Source of the DNA: Heptranchias perlo
Taxonomy: Eukaryota
Length of the DNA: 64,000 nt
Direction: 5' to 3'
NCBI RefSeq assembly: GCF_035084215.1
Contig: NC_090349.1
Span: 24,614,001-24,678,000 of the forward strand
This document shows positions 36,978 to 50,999 of this stretch, piece by piece. The number at the start of each line of letters is the position of its first letter. Within the stretch, counting starts at the first letter, position 1. Position numbers and translations under genes: made by a program. The notes beneath the pieces are model-generated. The model had not been told where the DNA came from and searched no databases. It worked only from the letters and a program-made list of their open reading frames with translations.

Positions 36978-37983
36978 ATCTTACATGGAATTACCACTCG
37001 CTTGGGTGACCTCAAAGTGTTCTCATCTCAAAACATAAAACATGTAGACCTTTTATATTCCTTAACCTTGCATTGATCCTCACTCCTTAGTGAATCAAGA
37101 TAACATTTTTAACCAATCTACCCCACATACAGTTGAAGTACATGTACTATCTAACACCGCACAATTAAAGGAATCCGCGACTAATACATTCATCACAGGA
37201 TTAGAAGTCCTTGTGACCAGTATAATCTGTTCAGATTCCTCATTATCTTCAACCTCTTCCTCATTTTCTTTATCCTCTTCCTCAGAACTACTTTCTTCAT
37301 GCATCATTTCAAAGACACTGTGTCTTTGCTCTGGGCAATTCGCCTCATAATGATACTTGGAGTCACATCTAAAGCATCTATTAATTTTTCCTCAGGCATT
37401 CCTGAGATTCATTCATTATTACTGTCCCAATTTTGTCTTCTGTTGATATAACTGGATTTGTTGTACCTACTTTCATCACCAATTGGGCTGTCTTTAAACC
37501 TTCCGTCAGATCGACGGAAAATTTTGAAACCTGGTCTGGCGCCTGCGTTTAGTATCTGGAACATTTCAAAACCTGGTAACCATCGAATCTTCCATTCTTT
37601 GTGTCACAGCGGAAGATCCCATTTGTTCGACGGAGGCTGATGGAAATGACTGTTTCCTCAGGAATTTTTTTAAGGCAGCAGACATTTGATCCCACAGAGT
37701 CTCTTTTTCGAAGAACTGGACGCCAGTTAGGACCAGTTGTCTGTCCATATAAGACACGTTAGCACAATCTTTAAATGGTAATATCGATCCAGGAATTCCC
37801 AATTGGATCTTTGTCAACCTTTTCTACAATTTGTTAAAGTCCATGATATACACTTCCATTGAATGACCGTCTGTTTTCCGAAATCTATCAAATGCTGACC
37901 AGGCTTCATTGGCACTTAACAGGTCATCTTTCTGGTAGATTTGATCCAGAAATTCTATTAGAAAGGTAAAACCTTCATCATTT

Positions 37984-38623
37984 AGGGATTTACAAGGATG
38001 TTGCCAGGGCTGGAGAATTTTAGCTATGAGAAATGATTGGATGGGCTGGGTTGTTTTCTTTGGAACAAAGGATGCTGAGGGGAGATTTAATTGAGGTATA
38101 TAAAATTATGACGGGACTTGATAGAGTGGATAGGGAGGACTTCAAAAGGGAACTGAGTAAGTACTTGAAAGGAAAAAATTTGAAGGACTACGGGGATAAG
38201 GCAGGGGAGTGGCACCAGCTGGATTGCTCTTGCATAGAGCCGGCGCAGACTCAATGGGCTGAATAACCTTCTTCTCTGCTGTAACCTTTCTATGATTCTA
38301 GGACCTATTTCCCTTAGCAGAGGGGTCAGTGACCAGGGGGCATAGATTTAAAGTAATTGGTAGAAGGATTAGACGGGAGCTGAAGAAAATTCTTCTCACC
38401 CAGAGTGTGGTGAGGGTCTGGAACTCACTGTCTAAAATGGGCGGTAGAGGCAGAAACTCTCACCTCATTTAAAAAGTACTTGGATGTGCATTTGAAGTGT
38501 TGTAACCTACAGGGCTGCGGACCAAGTGCTGGAAAGTGAGATTAAGCTAGACAGCTCTTTTTCGGCCGGCACAGACACGATGGGTCGAATGGCCTCCTTC
38601 TGTGCCGTAACTTTCTATGATTC
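37984..38623 (+). mobile_element. CR1 3' fragment with a nested CR1 3' end, segment C
   Basis: Paralogue of 24720-25360. Confidence 0.8.
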
Positions 38624-38694
38624 TAAGCCTACCATATTCTGCTTACAACAAGTATTTGTTAACATGGAAGACTACCACCTTCATTAACAACAAT

Positions 38695-39830
38695 AATGAG
38701 GACATGGAGGAGGAAAGGGTGGAAGCCAGGAGAGTGCAGCAGCATCTTTGCAGGCAACACCTGACCCACATGTATCCACACCACAGGGTCTACAGACCAG
38801 AGAAGACCGATCTGGATTTTTCCAATGGGAAGTATTTGAGAAGCTGCTGAGACTGTGACCGTCATATGTGTTGGAACTTGACATGCCGCCTCCTTCCACA
38901 TCGGAACATAAGAACAGAAGTGGGCCATTCAGATCGTCGAGCATCTTCCACCCTCTGTAGCTCCGGGGGCACTGCCTTCTCTGTGGCTGTGAAGGTGACC
39001 ACAGGAGTTAACTTTTATGCATCCAGATGCTTCCACGCAGCCTCTGGTAACATTAATCATATCAGTCAGTCAGATGTTCATCACTGCATTACACAGGTCA
39101 TGGGTGCTTCAGACAAGACTCTAAGTTCATTCAGACCCACATGCACCCAGCAACGCAGAGAGAAAGAGAGCCATCAACATCTTCCAACTGGCTGGAATTC
39201 CACAAAATGCAGGGTGTTATTGATACCACCCAGTGGAAATGAAGGCCCTGTCTGGAAACCCCACCAACCTCATCAACAGGAAGGGATCTCATTCTCTCAA
39301 TGTGCAAATAGTGAGTGATGCTAGCCATCTCATTATGCATGTCAATTCATGCGACCTAAGGTGTAGCCCTGATTAGTTAACTCTCAGTCAATCCAGGATA
39401 CTTGGACTGATCATCTTCAGCTATGTGACAGGGTGGCTCATAGGAGACTGGGGTACATGACCCAGCCTTGGCTCATGCCACATTTTTGGCATCTGAGGAC
39501 AAATCTTGGGCACTACCAGGATCATTGTAAACGAGACCCATCGTATTCTCAAGTCCAATTTCCAGATCATGGAGAATCATGCAGTAACATCCAGCAAGGG
39601 TTTGTAGAACTGTAGTGACTTGCTGCAACCTCCATAATGTGGCCATTACAAGGGGATTGCACCTTCCAGGCATAGACGGTGAAAAGGAAGAAGCTGAGCT
39701 AAATGTAGCCTTCTCAAAAATTGTGGAGAGCTCAGGGTGAAGTACACCTGCCTGGATCTTTAGGTGTGGGTATCAGCAGGTTGGGGCCACTAAGGTGCCT
39801 GATCAACCTGGCCTCTCTCCACATACAGAA
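38695..39830 (+). pseudogene. HARBI1-like transposase remnant, segment C
   Basis: Paralogue of 13900-15050. Confidence 0.72.
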
Positions 39831-41526
39831 GTGGACACCCTGGAGCAGCCCAAATGTCTTTTGTGGAGCCGGGAGGAGAACTCCTGTATTTTTTGACAAT
39901 CTTTTTCTGGTCCCTTCTCATTCTAAAGATGTGATTTTCCCCCTTTAGGTGGCCCTGTCATGTAACGTTATGCCATAGCACCACCTTTAGATGTAATACT
40001 TTGAGTCCACTGAGTAGGCAAAACTGTGGGGAAGTGGGAAGTGTGAGATCATCCACTTCGGAACCAAGAAAGACATCAGAATATTTTCAAAATGGCGAGA
40101 AACTTGGAACTGTGGAGGCGCAAAGGGATTTAGATGTCCAGGTACACAAATCACTAAAAACTAGGACATAAGAAATCAAAAAGGCTAATGGAATGTTGGT
40201 CTTTATCGCAACAGGGCTGGAATACAAAGCAAAGGAAGTTATGCTTCAGTTGTTCAGAGCCTTGGACAGTCCCAATCTGGATTACAGTGTTAAGTTTTGG
40301 ACAACACACTTCTGCCAGCTGTGTGTGAACCTCTGATCTCCTTGTATTAGTTGCTTTTAATGAACCAGCTTGTGGCCTGTCCCATCAGTGGCCCAATCCT
40401 TTGGTTCTCTTGAAAAGTCCTCTTGGCGATACCAAACGCATTGTTCATCGACCAGTCAGCTATGTGCTGTAAGCTGTGCTCCTCCGAATTCTGCCACTTT
40501 ACTTCCCCAAGACCAATCCTGATTAACAATGCCGTACTAGATTACTAGAGTATAATCACTGTCCACTGACAAATAATTAACATCCTGCAACGAATCTCCT
40601 CTTTGCACATATCCCCCTCCCATAGAGAGCAGGATAACCATTCCAGACACACAATCATAACCCCTCTCCTCTGTTTCTCCAGCCCAATCCCCCATTTCCC
40701 TTTACCCCTCCTCCTTGACCTCTCACCCCCTCCTCTCTGCTCCCTCTCTTCCCTCCTCCATAATGATGAATCAAGATACAGCAAGTATTTCTAATGTAAT
40801 TCATATTTACATCAGCTATTATCCAACTCCTATGATGGCAACCAGGCAACATCTCCAGGGCAGTAGTTCATTTATTCCTCGGGTAGTTTTTGGATTCCAC
40901 TCAAGAATGAGGCACAAGTTGCAAAACAGTAAAAGTCTCAGCATTGATTGGTCAATTGCAATTACATAATAATAAAATATTGGAAGATCTAAATAATAAT
41001 TAACAGCCAGAGGAGAACATTATTTCTCTATGCCATGTAAATGTTTACAAAGTAATTATTAATTATTAAGTAATTATTCTACTTCAAACTTTTTCTCCTT
41101 AAATTACCTTCCTTGTTTCTATTTAGCTGTATTTTTCGTGGCCTTTGTTGGTGTTTTGCAATACATTTTCTCAGTAAACCACCTCAAGATTATACCACAA
41201 TGGTTCAGTACTTCCAGCAATGGTACGAGAGAAATATATTGTGGTTGGGTGGAGTGGGATGCGGCTGGCAAGGGAGAATTTTACATACACCAGGACTCAT
41301 CACAATCTCAAAACCCTGTAGAAATTGTTCCTTTACTTTATAGAATTTAAATAAATATTTTGCAGGTGCATAACACTTGACTTTGAAAGTTGCAGTTTAT
41401 TTCAGCACACATTCATTTGAAACACATTACCTGATTAAAAAATGTTTCAACTTCAAATCATTCCAAGGCTTTCCACTTATTCACAGACTATACTTTAATT
41501 AAACAAGCTGATATTTAGCAGATAGC

Positions 41527-42588
41527 TCATACATTCATTGTTGACTCAGTCTGGTATTGATCACAGGTATTACAGACCGGTACGTTTTTTAGATGTTGAT
41601 CCACAACTAGTTCTCTTTTGGGCTCTCTTGGTTGAATTCCTTCACTCGTTGCTGATGTGAAAAGGTTTAAATTAAGAGGAACAAGAGCTTTCTTCAAAGT
41701 AACATTAAATGTCGAACTTGAAAAGTGATAAATAACTGGGTCGAGCACACTGTTCAGATATGTCATAAATAGTGTATTATAAAATACCTGAACAGCTGTT
41801 TCATATGACTTGCAGTCTTCTCTGCGTCTTTGCTTTGTAATTACCACAGCGAGTACAGCAATGTTTGTGGGCAAGAAACAAAATATAAAAACTGCTGCCA
41901 CAGCTATCACAAGCTTTACTGCTCGTTTATATTTACCCCTCATTTCAGTTTCCATCTGTTTTAACTTCCAGATGATAAAGGACGTGGAGTACAGGATAAT
42001 CGAAGCCGGTAAAATAAAATTGAAAAGAATGAAAACAATATCGGTCCAAATTGTCAGAGGATTTAGAGGCTTGTACATGTTGAAGGGCTCACAGTATGTC
42101 AGATTGTTGTGCTTGAAGTCGTGAGGTTCTGTTAAAATGTGCAAAGAAATTGTCACTGCTAGAATCCACAGAGCACCTGCTACCTTCACTGCACATCTTG
42201 CAGGTATCTTGTTCATTTGATGGTGAGGGTGGACCACCTTAAAATAACGATCGATCGCCGTAGCTGTAAGGAAAACGATGCTCCCCATCCGGTTTAGGGA
42301 AATAAAGAATAGATTCAGACGACATGCAACATCACCAAAAATCCAGTTCTTCTCCCGTACAAAGTAATCTGCTCGAAATGGTAAACAGCAGATTAGCAGA
42401 GTGTCTGCAATCGCCAGATTCAGTGAATAAACAGTATTTGGTTTAAAGGACTTTGTATGAAAACAAAAGATCCATAAAGCAATTACATTTCCGATGAATC
42501 CAAGGATAAATGTTATAATAATTACTGGTGGATTATAGGACGAATTAATGTCTTCAACAGAAGTACATTGCTGGGTCTCGTTGGCCAT
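41527..42588 (-). CDS. HCAR2/3-like GPCR copy 3, 353 aa
   Basis: Same motifs; ATG at 42588. Confidence 0.93.
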   Translation of the reverse strand: MANETQQCTSVEDINSSYNPPVIIITFILGFIGNVIALWIFCFHTKSFKPNTVYSLNLAIADTLLICCLPFRADYFVREKNWIFGDVACRLNLFFISLNRMGSIVFLTATAIDRYFKVVHPHHQMNKIPARCAVKVAGALWILAVTISLHILTEPHDFKHNNLTYCEPFNMYKPLNPLTIWTDIVFILFNFILPASIILYSTSFIIWKLKQMETEMRGKYKRAVKLVIAVAAVFIFCFLPTNIAVLAVVITKQRRREDCKSYETAVQVFYNTLFMTYLNSVLDPVIYHFSSSTFNVTLKKALVPLNLNLFTSATSEGIQPREPKRELVVDQHLKNVPVCNTCDQYQTESTMNV

Positions 42589-43865
42589 TGTAGGCAATAT
42601 TACAGTAAACTCAGTCACAGGCACAGGAATGAGTTAATTAACTGAATGATGCACAACGTTATATAGAATTCTTCCACTTTACATCATAGATCATGGGTGG
42701 GGCTATAATAAAGACAGACTATTTATCGAGTTATATCGTAAACCTGCCAGCAATTCTACTAGAATACCTTCAATATGCATTTACAGATAAATCATTCAAA
42801 CTATACACCAAACCTATGCAAATATATCAGCCTTTGAATTTGGCTGGAGATTTTATGATAACATAAAACTGTATGGTCCTACTCATTTTGCCTTCCTGGA
42901 TTCACCCAAAGAGGAAATGCTGCAATGTTCCTTTTATCTGACTTGTTGGACATTTTGCAATCCATGCTCACTGTCAAGTTTTCATTACCGAAATCAAAAA
43001 ACTATTCAGCAGAGATGGTTATCTACCTCTATATAACCTGCTGATGAGAATTAATTTTATTTTGTAGAAGCTAATTTTAGTGGATTTGTGTCTGTTCCTT
43101 AATTTGCAACAGTTCTGAAGCCTTGCAAAAAAAAGTGTTGGTAACTTCCTGCCACACATTCACAGGAGGTAAGTGGCTCTTCTGTCCTCTTTCCACCACA
43201 ACATCCTTTGCTAATTTTGCTTTTCCTTCAGAAATCATAGAATGGTAACAAGATGGCTTCATGTGGTTTAACGCTTCTGAAACATGGGTTGGTAATGTTG
43301 CTCAACTGGACAGTGCGTTCGGCAATTGGGCAGTGTGATTTTTACACACTCGCAGTATAACACTGTGAATTTTTCCAAAATCAGTAGTGTGTTGTCGGTA
43401 GTGACAGCACTGTGATGAACTGACTTTGCTGCACTTGTATTAATGCATCCAGTACTCTCCTGATGGTAGTGAATCGTGATAGGGTACGGATTCATTCTTC
43501 AAATTTGAATCCCACATTAAGTGCTGGCAGGGTATTATATGGTGTTGGATGGCAGGGTACCAGCAGACAAACCCAAATCTGTCCTCACCCAGTTGCCACA
43601 CAAACAGGCCAAGAAATTCAATCACGTCTAAAAACGGGCACACAGTGGTGTGCACTGCACGCGCCTTTTCAAGTTATACCAGGCTGCACGTTAAATTGAT
43701 GCAGGTGTGCGGGTAGTGCGACCCATGCTATTCATTCACTGCATGTCTCTTTGGCAGGTCCGGATATCGGATGTCTCTGACACCACTTCAAGGCAGCCAG
43801 CAACTCTTAAAGGGGAGGTGCACTCTGGCAGCAGACAGCAGGAAGCGCCTGCTGTAAGGAGAGAA

Positions 43866-45033
43866 ATGGCTGTAAGACCTGCACATTGGGCCTCCAGGTT
43901 CTCCGATGCTGCTCTGGAGGCTCTGGTCCAGATGGTGGGCAGGCGCAGGGAGATCCTGCTCCACCCAGGGGGCAGAAAGCTCTCCAGGAAACACCTCCGC
44001 CGCCAGTGGGAAGAGGTTGCAGAGGAGGTTCACGTCAGGAGCTTAGCTCCCAGGACATGGTTGCAATGCCGGAAATAGTTGAATGACCTCACCAGAGTTG
44101 TCAAAGTAAAAATACTGCTCTCTTACTCTTTGCTCACACCTCCACCATCTCCAGCCTCACTACTCACAATACTCCCATCTCCCACTTCCCTTCACTCTCC
44201 TACAACCACTGCACCACACTTCACTTCACTTCCTTCTCCTCCTACTCACTCTGCACTTTCTACACTCACCACTATTCCAATCCTCAGTTCCCAACACCTC
44301 ACATCTGACATACTGCAGAAGAAATATTCAACCACGACACATACATTCTCTAAACACATCACAAGACTCTCACTAACACACTCCCTTCTTCCTTGCAGCA
44401 GAAGGTTGTGCACAACTCCAAACAGGACGCTGCCACCTGAGGAGGCTGAGCCCGCGTGCACACCCTGTCCCTGGTCGATCAAAATGTGCTGGCCATCGCA
44501 GGCAGGGGGAGAGTTATGGACGTGGTGACTGACAATGGTGCAGGGTTTCCTCACACCTTATTCCCTTCTTACTTCTATTTCGATCTACCCACTCTGCAAG
44601 ACAAACTGCTGCTGCTTTTATCAACCACTCAACTATTTTGCTCTCGCTTTACACTAAAGTATAACCCTGGTCCCTGTCTATCGTTTCAGGTGCTGACAAT
44701 GTGGTGATGCCTCCGTCACTTCAGGAAGGGGTTGCGTCTTCACTCGGTGAATGGCCAGGCACAAGTGTGCAGGAGCTTGGACAGGGGGATAGAATGTCAC
44801 AGGTGCCAGCTCACCGGAGGTTGAGTAACATTCTAGCTCTGCTGCAGAGGACTCAGATGTTGACTTCAAGGGCCCAGGCTACCAAAGTAGGCTGATGGGC
44901 ATATACCGGGAAATACTAAGTACATCAAGCAGCCTGCTAGTGAGCAAGGAGGAGTCCAGTTCCAACTTATGTCAAGGCTTCACACAGAGCATGGAGACCA
45001 TTCTGTTCAACATTCAGGGCCCTTCACCTGGTG
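43866..45033 (+). pseudogene. Harbinger Myb/SANT gene remnant, segment D
   Basis: Paralogue of 19083-20252. Confidence 0.75.
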
Positions 45034-47832
45034 TCCTGTGTTATAAATCGGATAGCCAGGTGTTGAAGGATAGAATACTAGAGCTGAGTCTTCCATTGCT
45101 TCCACGCCTTTATTCACAAAGCTCCACATTACACCCACAGCAAACACTAGATCAGCTCGCTTATAAATGGATACGAGAGTTCCCAATTCATATGCAGTAC
45201 CTGAATACAGTTAACTCCAGTTGATATAAATCACATGAATACAATTAACAGATTCTCTTCTCCCTCTTTAAATAAAAAAAATAAACTTTATATACACAAT
45301 ACAAACAAAAATTTGAAAATTCAAAAACTTCCATTCTCTGTATAACTTATACTATTCAAAGCATTACATTGTGAGGCGACCCTTCTCCAGGACCCGTAAT
45401 AATTTCTTCATACATCTACTTCTTTTAGTAAAACAATCCAACAGTTGATAGCTTGAATCCACCCATTTAATTTGAGAGATTTCCTTTCTCTCCAGCATTT
45501 GTTTCAAGCCAGCAAGATCAATCCGTAATCTTTTTCACTCACATTTTTTGTAGAGTGTACATTAACCCACAATGAATGATTTCTACATAACATTCAATGG
45601 GTATAGTATCTTCAGTACTCCCATTGTACAGGATGTCACTCAAGATATTTGCCAAATAGAATCCTATATCCAGTGCGTCGACAAGAGCCAGTGTTTCAGC
45701 AGCCAGAGTACTTTTAACAACCCTTTTTATTTTCCTGGCTTCCCAAGCTGGAGGACAACATTTCCCATTCTTCCCCATAAGAAACACTCTGATACCAGCT
45801 GCACTAGAATACCCATCAGGAAGATTAGCATGTGAAGCATCACTAAAAATAACGAACTTCATTTTCTTTGCCTCACCTAAGGATGGAAACTTAAGTACCC
45901 ATTTGTCTATATTTAATTTTTTGTAATGTTTTATTAGCCCGTAAAGCATTCTCGGCTATGGGGTGTTTTGTTGAAGCACTTAACTCCAATACATCAAAAC
46001 TGGCATCTGGTCTAGTCTGAGTGCACAAACAGTTCAACTGACCAATCAAGCTTCGTAATAGCTCCGTCTCTTCTTTCGATATAACATCACCATTCTGAGA
46101 TGACCTAGTACGATTCACCGGGACGGGAGTAGCACTCTCATGAACATGTTGCCAATAGAGCCAAAAAGATTTTTAAGATTACTTTTCCAGCAGTGTGAGA
46201 ATCCACTTGGACATCTGTATCACCCAGTTTCTCTTCAAAACCCCTCGCTACCAACCTCACTTTAGCTGAAAAGTCCCATCTGCAAGGACTTTTGCAGTAC
46301 AAACCCACCAATGCGACAAAGCTGGTTGACCCTTATGTTACCTCAGAATAAACTCCAAATTTGTTCCAACTGTCTCACTCCCTTCATTTTGCCTCTCATA
46401 CTCGTTCATCCTCAAGTTTATTGGCAGCACCCAAAACTTCACGATCATGAAGACTTCTTCTTCTAGTTCTGTTACGTGACTGTTCTGTAGTCTTTGTTTC
46501 ATTGTCTGACCTGGTCAAGCTACATATTCTACTTCCATTTCTATGTCTGTAGGGACAACTACTAAGAGATCTCCCTCTTTCATTTCTTGTTCGCAATTGT
46601 TTTCTCAGGTGAGATTCACTTCCGGACTCCCTATCACTACTTGTACTCCACTTTCGTACTCTCCACTCTTTTACCCCATTCTGCCAGCCCATGAACCTCG
46701 ATTCATGGCCATCATCCTGATCATTCAACCAAAATTTAAACCTACCAGTAGCTTTGCTGGCACATCCCAAAATTGTTGCGTCCCTCCATTCATTAGTCCC
46801 TCTGGAACATATGTCACCTGTGTACCCACTTTGGGTAATTGTTCTGTGGATGTGATAGCTGTGTCATGTGTTTCTTGATCACTGACATTACCACTGTCCA
46901 GCCCTTGATCGACCTCAGTCTGTACATCAGAACCTCATCAGTAAAATCATAAACATCTGAGGCAAAAGGTGCCTCATTTACTTCCATCAACTGCTCAGAG
47001 TCCGAGATTTTATAATTAATTCCAATTCATCGTGAGGAATGAACCTTAACAAGTTTGATTGCCTTGTTGGACAATTACTGTCTTACTATCACAACCTATT
47101 ACCTCATCAGGGTCTTTCCATTCCCTATGGCCCTCTCTTTTATAGTATATCAAATCTCCTGAATTGAACTCTGTTTCAGATGGTCTAATAAGATGCCTCA
47201 GTGCTCTACAAATTTCCTCTGATACCTCTGCCTTGATAAAAGCCTGTCTCTCAGCATGCAGAACATTTAAATGCTCAAAAAAAATGGCACTAATTGTCGT
47301 ATCTTCTAGAGCAGGAGGATTATCACAAAGAACACAAGGTAATTTGGGAGTGCGCCCACAGACTAGTTGGTAAGCATTATATCTTTCAACCATCTGAAGA
47401 GAATTCTTTGCATGAACTGACCATGCGAGGGCAGTTGACAATTTACACATTGTGCGATCAGCCAAAATTTTATGCACCATGCTATCAACCACAGCATGAT
47501 TACTTTCACAAAGACCAATGCTTAAAGAGCTGTCAGCTGCTGTATTCATGACAATTATATTCATATTTTCACACATAACTCTGAACTCCGCTTCAGCGAA
47601 TTCACCTCCATTATTGGTCAAAAACTTTGCTGGTGTCCCAAGCCCAGTCCTTATCCATTTTTCCATAATTTTATCGAGAATAACCTTCTTCTCTTTACTA
47701 TATATTAGTGTAGAAATACTAAATCTTGTCGCCAGGTCAATAAAATGTAAGATGAAATCATTTCTGTCTTTGCCCCATACCTTTAGATTCATGGCAACTA
47801 CTCTGAACCTTATTGCCTGATGCTATTAATAC

Positions 47833-48115
47833 CTATTTTTTCATTCATTCATGGGATGTGGGCATCGCTGGCGAGGCCAGCATTTATTGCCCATCCCTAA
47901 TTGCCCTTGAGAAGGTGGTGGTGAGCCGCCTTCTTGAACCGCTGCAATCCGTGTGGTAATGGTTCTCCCACAGTGCTGTTAGGAAGGGAGTTCCAGGATT
48001 TTGACCCAGCGACGATGAAGGAATGGTGATATATTTCCAAGTTGGGATGGCATGTGACTTGGAGGGGAACATGCAGGTGGTGTTGTTCCCTTGTGCCTGC
48101 TGCCCTTAAGTGTTG
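47833..48115 (-). mobile_element. CR1/L2-clade LINE 3' fragment in copia pol, segment D (internally deleted)
   Basis: Same site and ends as 23024-23496 but about 190 bp shorter. Confidence 0.8.
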
Positions 48116-49265
48116 TTGCCTAACACGATGATGAGAAACATCAGATTTTATTAAGGGGTTACAATAATGCCCTGACTGGGTAAACTGCAAATCAACCAGT
48201 TTCCCAAAAATGATAGCCTCATCTTGTTCCATGTCAAGTTTCATTTTTGCCTTTTTCATGGAAATTTTACCCAAAAGCATCGGTATCTAACTAGAGACTA
48301 CACCCGTACTTATAAAATGTCTTACTCCAGCTATCTTACGTGGAATTACCACTCGCTTGAGCGACCTCAAGGTGTTGTCATCTCCAAACCTATAATATGT
48401 AGAACTTTTATATTCCTTCACTTTTCATCAATCCTCACTACTTAGTGAATCAAGATAACATTTTTAACCAATCTGCCCTGTATACAGTTGAAGTACATGC
48501 ACTATCTAACACCGCACAATTAAAGGAATCCGTGACTAATACATTCATCACAGGATTAAAACTCCTTGTGACCAGTATAATCTGTTCAGATTCCTCATTA
48601 TCTTCAAACTCTTCCTCATTTTCTTTATCCTCTTCCTCAGAACTACTTTCTTCATGCATCATTTCAAAGACACTGCGTCTTCGCTCTGGGCAATTCGCCT
48701 CATAATGATACTTAGAGTCACACCTAAAGCATCTATTAATTTTTCCTCTGGCATTCCTGAGATTCATTCATTATTACTGTCCCAATTTTGTCTTCTGTTG
48801 ATATAACTGGATTTGCTGTACCTACTTTCGTCACCAATCTGGCTGTCTTTGCACATTCCGTCAGATCGACAGAAAATTTTGAAACCTGGTCTGGCGCCTG
48901 CGTTTAGTACTTGGAACATTTCAAGACCTGGTAACCATCAAATCTTCCATTCTTTGTGTCACAGCAGAAGACCCCATTTGTTCCATGGAGGCTAACGGGA
49001 ATGACTGTTTCCCCAGGAATTCTGTTAAGGCAGCAGACATTTGATCCAACAGATTCTCCTTTTCTGAGAACTGGACGCCAGTTAGAACCAGTTGCCTGTC
49101 CATGTGAGACACCTTAGCACAATCTAGTAATTTAAACGCTCGTACCGATCCAGGGATTCCCAATTGGATCTTTGTCAACCTTTTGTACAACGTGTTATAG
49201 TCTATACTTTACACTTCCATTGAATGACAGCCTGTTTTCCAAAATCTGTCAAATGCTGACCAGGC

Positions 49266-50398
49266 AGCATTTGACTGAGTTTGGCACCAAGGAGCCCTAG
49301 TAAAATTGAAATCAATGTGAATCAGGGGGAAAACTCTCCAGTGGCTGGAGTCATACCTAGCACAAAGGAAGATGGTAGCGGTTGTTGGAGGCCAACCATC
49401 GCAGCCCCAGGGCATTGCTGCAGGAGTTCCTCAGGGCAGTGTCCTTGGCCCAACCATCTTCAGCTGCTTCATCAATGACCTTCCCTCCATCATAAGGTCA
49501 GAAATGGGGATGTTTGCTGATGATTGCTCAGTGTTCACTTCCATTCGCAACCCCTCAGATAATGAAGCAGTCCGTGCCCACATGCAGCAAGACCTGGAAT
49601 ACATCCAGGCTTGGGCTGATAAGTGGCAAGTAACATTTGTGCCAGACAATGACCATCTCCAACAAGAGAAAGTCTAACCACCTCCCTTGACATTCAACGG
49701 CATTACCATTGCTGAATCCGCCACCATCAACATCCTGGGGGTCACCATTGACCAGAAATTTAACTGGCCAACCACATAAATACTGTGGCTACAAGAGCAG
49801 GTCAAAGGCTGGGTATTCTGGGCAAGTGACTCACCTCCTGACTCCTCAAAGCCTTTCCACCATCTACAAGGCACAAGTCAGGAGTGTAATGGAATACTCT
49901 CCACTTGCCTGGATGAGTGCAGCTCCAACAACACTCAAGAAGCTCAACACCATCCAGGACAAAGAAGCCCGCTTGATTGGCACCCCATCCACCACCCTAA
50001 ACATTCACACCCATCACCACCGGCGCACCGTGGCTGCAGTGTGTACCATCCACAGGATGCACTTCAGCAACTCGGCAAGGCTTCTTCGACAGCACCTCCC
50101 AAATCCTTTACCACCTCGAAGGACAAGGGCAGCAGGCACATGGGAACACCACCATCTGCACGTTCCCCTCCAAGTCACACACCATCCCGACTTGGTAATA
50201 TATCGCCGTTCCTTCATCGTCGCTGGGTCAAAATCCTGGAACTCCCTTCCTAACAGCACTGTGGGAGAACCTTCACCACACGGACTGCAGCGGTTCAAGA
50301 AGGCGGCTCAACACCACCTTCTCAAATGCAATTCGGGATGGGCAATAAATGCTGGCCTTGCCCAGCGATGCCCACATCCCATGAACGAATAAAAAAAA
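49266..50398 (+). mobile_element. CR1/L2-clade LINE, 5'-truncated, inserted in copia gag, unique to segment D
   Basis: [29 protein letters not shown], poly(A) end; AGGC duplicated at 49262-49265/50399-50402. Confidence 0.9.
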
Positions 50399-50999
50399 AG
50401 GCCTCATAGGCACTTAACAGGTCATCTTTCTTGTAGATTTGATCCAGAAATTCTATTAGGAAGGTAAAACCTTCATCATTATCCAAAAGATCCGCATCCA
50501 TCTCAGAAAATACTTTACTTCTGATTTTACTTTGTTCAAGAAGCGACAACGCCAAGGCCATGCCTTGTTTTCTCTTTGGCGGAATAGTAACCCATGTCCA
50601 CATATCAACCTCATTTTTCCACTGGTCACATGGTTCAAACTCTGAGAACATCGGAGGGAAATCGTACCTCGATGATTTAAACATGCTTCCTGCCATTTTC
50701 CACAATGGCCACTAGACTTTCAAGTTTTGTTTTAAGTCCAATAAAAAAAATCATAGTTTCCAACCCCACCTTTAGGCAACCATCCACTGCTACCATGTTA
50801 TAAATTGGAGCACAGGAGCCTTCCACCTCCCACACTGCAGCCACTGGAGTAGCACTGCTTAATAGCACCAGAATAGGTAGGAGAGCATTAAAGTCAGGCA
50901 CTGGGAGCTTGACCAGGGAGATCCTTAGATTCTCAATTTCGTTATGTTAACTATTCATAACAGCCAATTTTCAGGGTCCTAATGCCAACTCCTCCCTCC

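Larger units (their letters stand above)
31772..37983 (-). mobile_element. GalEa-like copia element, segment C copy (3' LTR 31772-31986) with two nested LINEs
   Basis: Near-identical to the segment B copy, including the same 5' deletion junction (TCATCATTT|AGGGATTTAC). Confidence 0.9.
45039..50806 (-). mobile_element. GalEa-like copia element, segment D copy (3' LTR 45039-45250, complete gag start, PBS ~50778-50795, only ~11 bp of the 5' LTR left)
   Basis: RNase H, integrase (47046-47792), protease LDSACTSTV, zinc knuckle RCFRCDSKYHYEANC, gag (ORF ending at 50705), PBS AACCATCCACTGCTACCA. Confidence 0.9.

Noticed and set aside
16740-42624. Duplicated units as haplotype or assembly duplication
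   Set aside because: Units differ by many SNPs, indels and private TE insertions, more than expected for an artefact.
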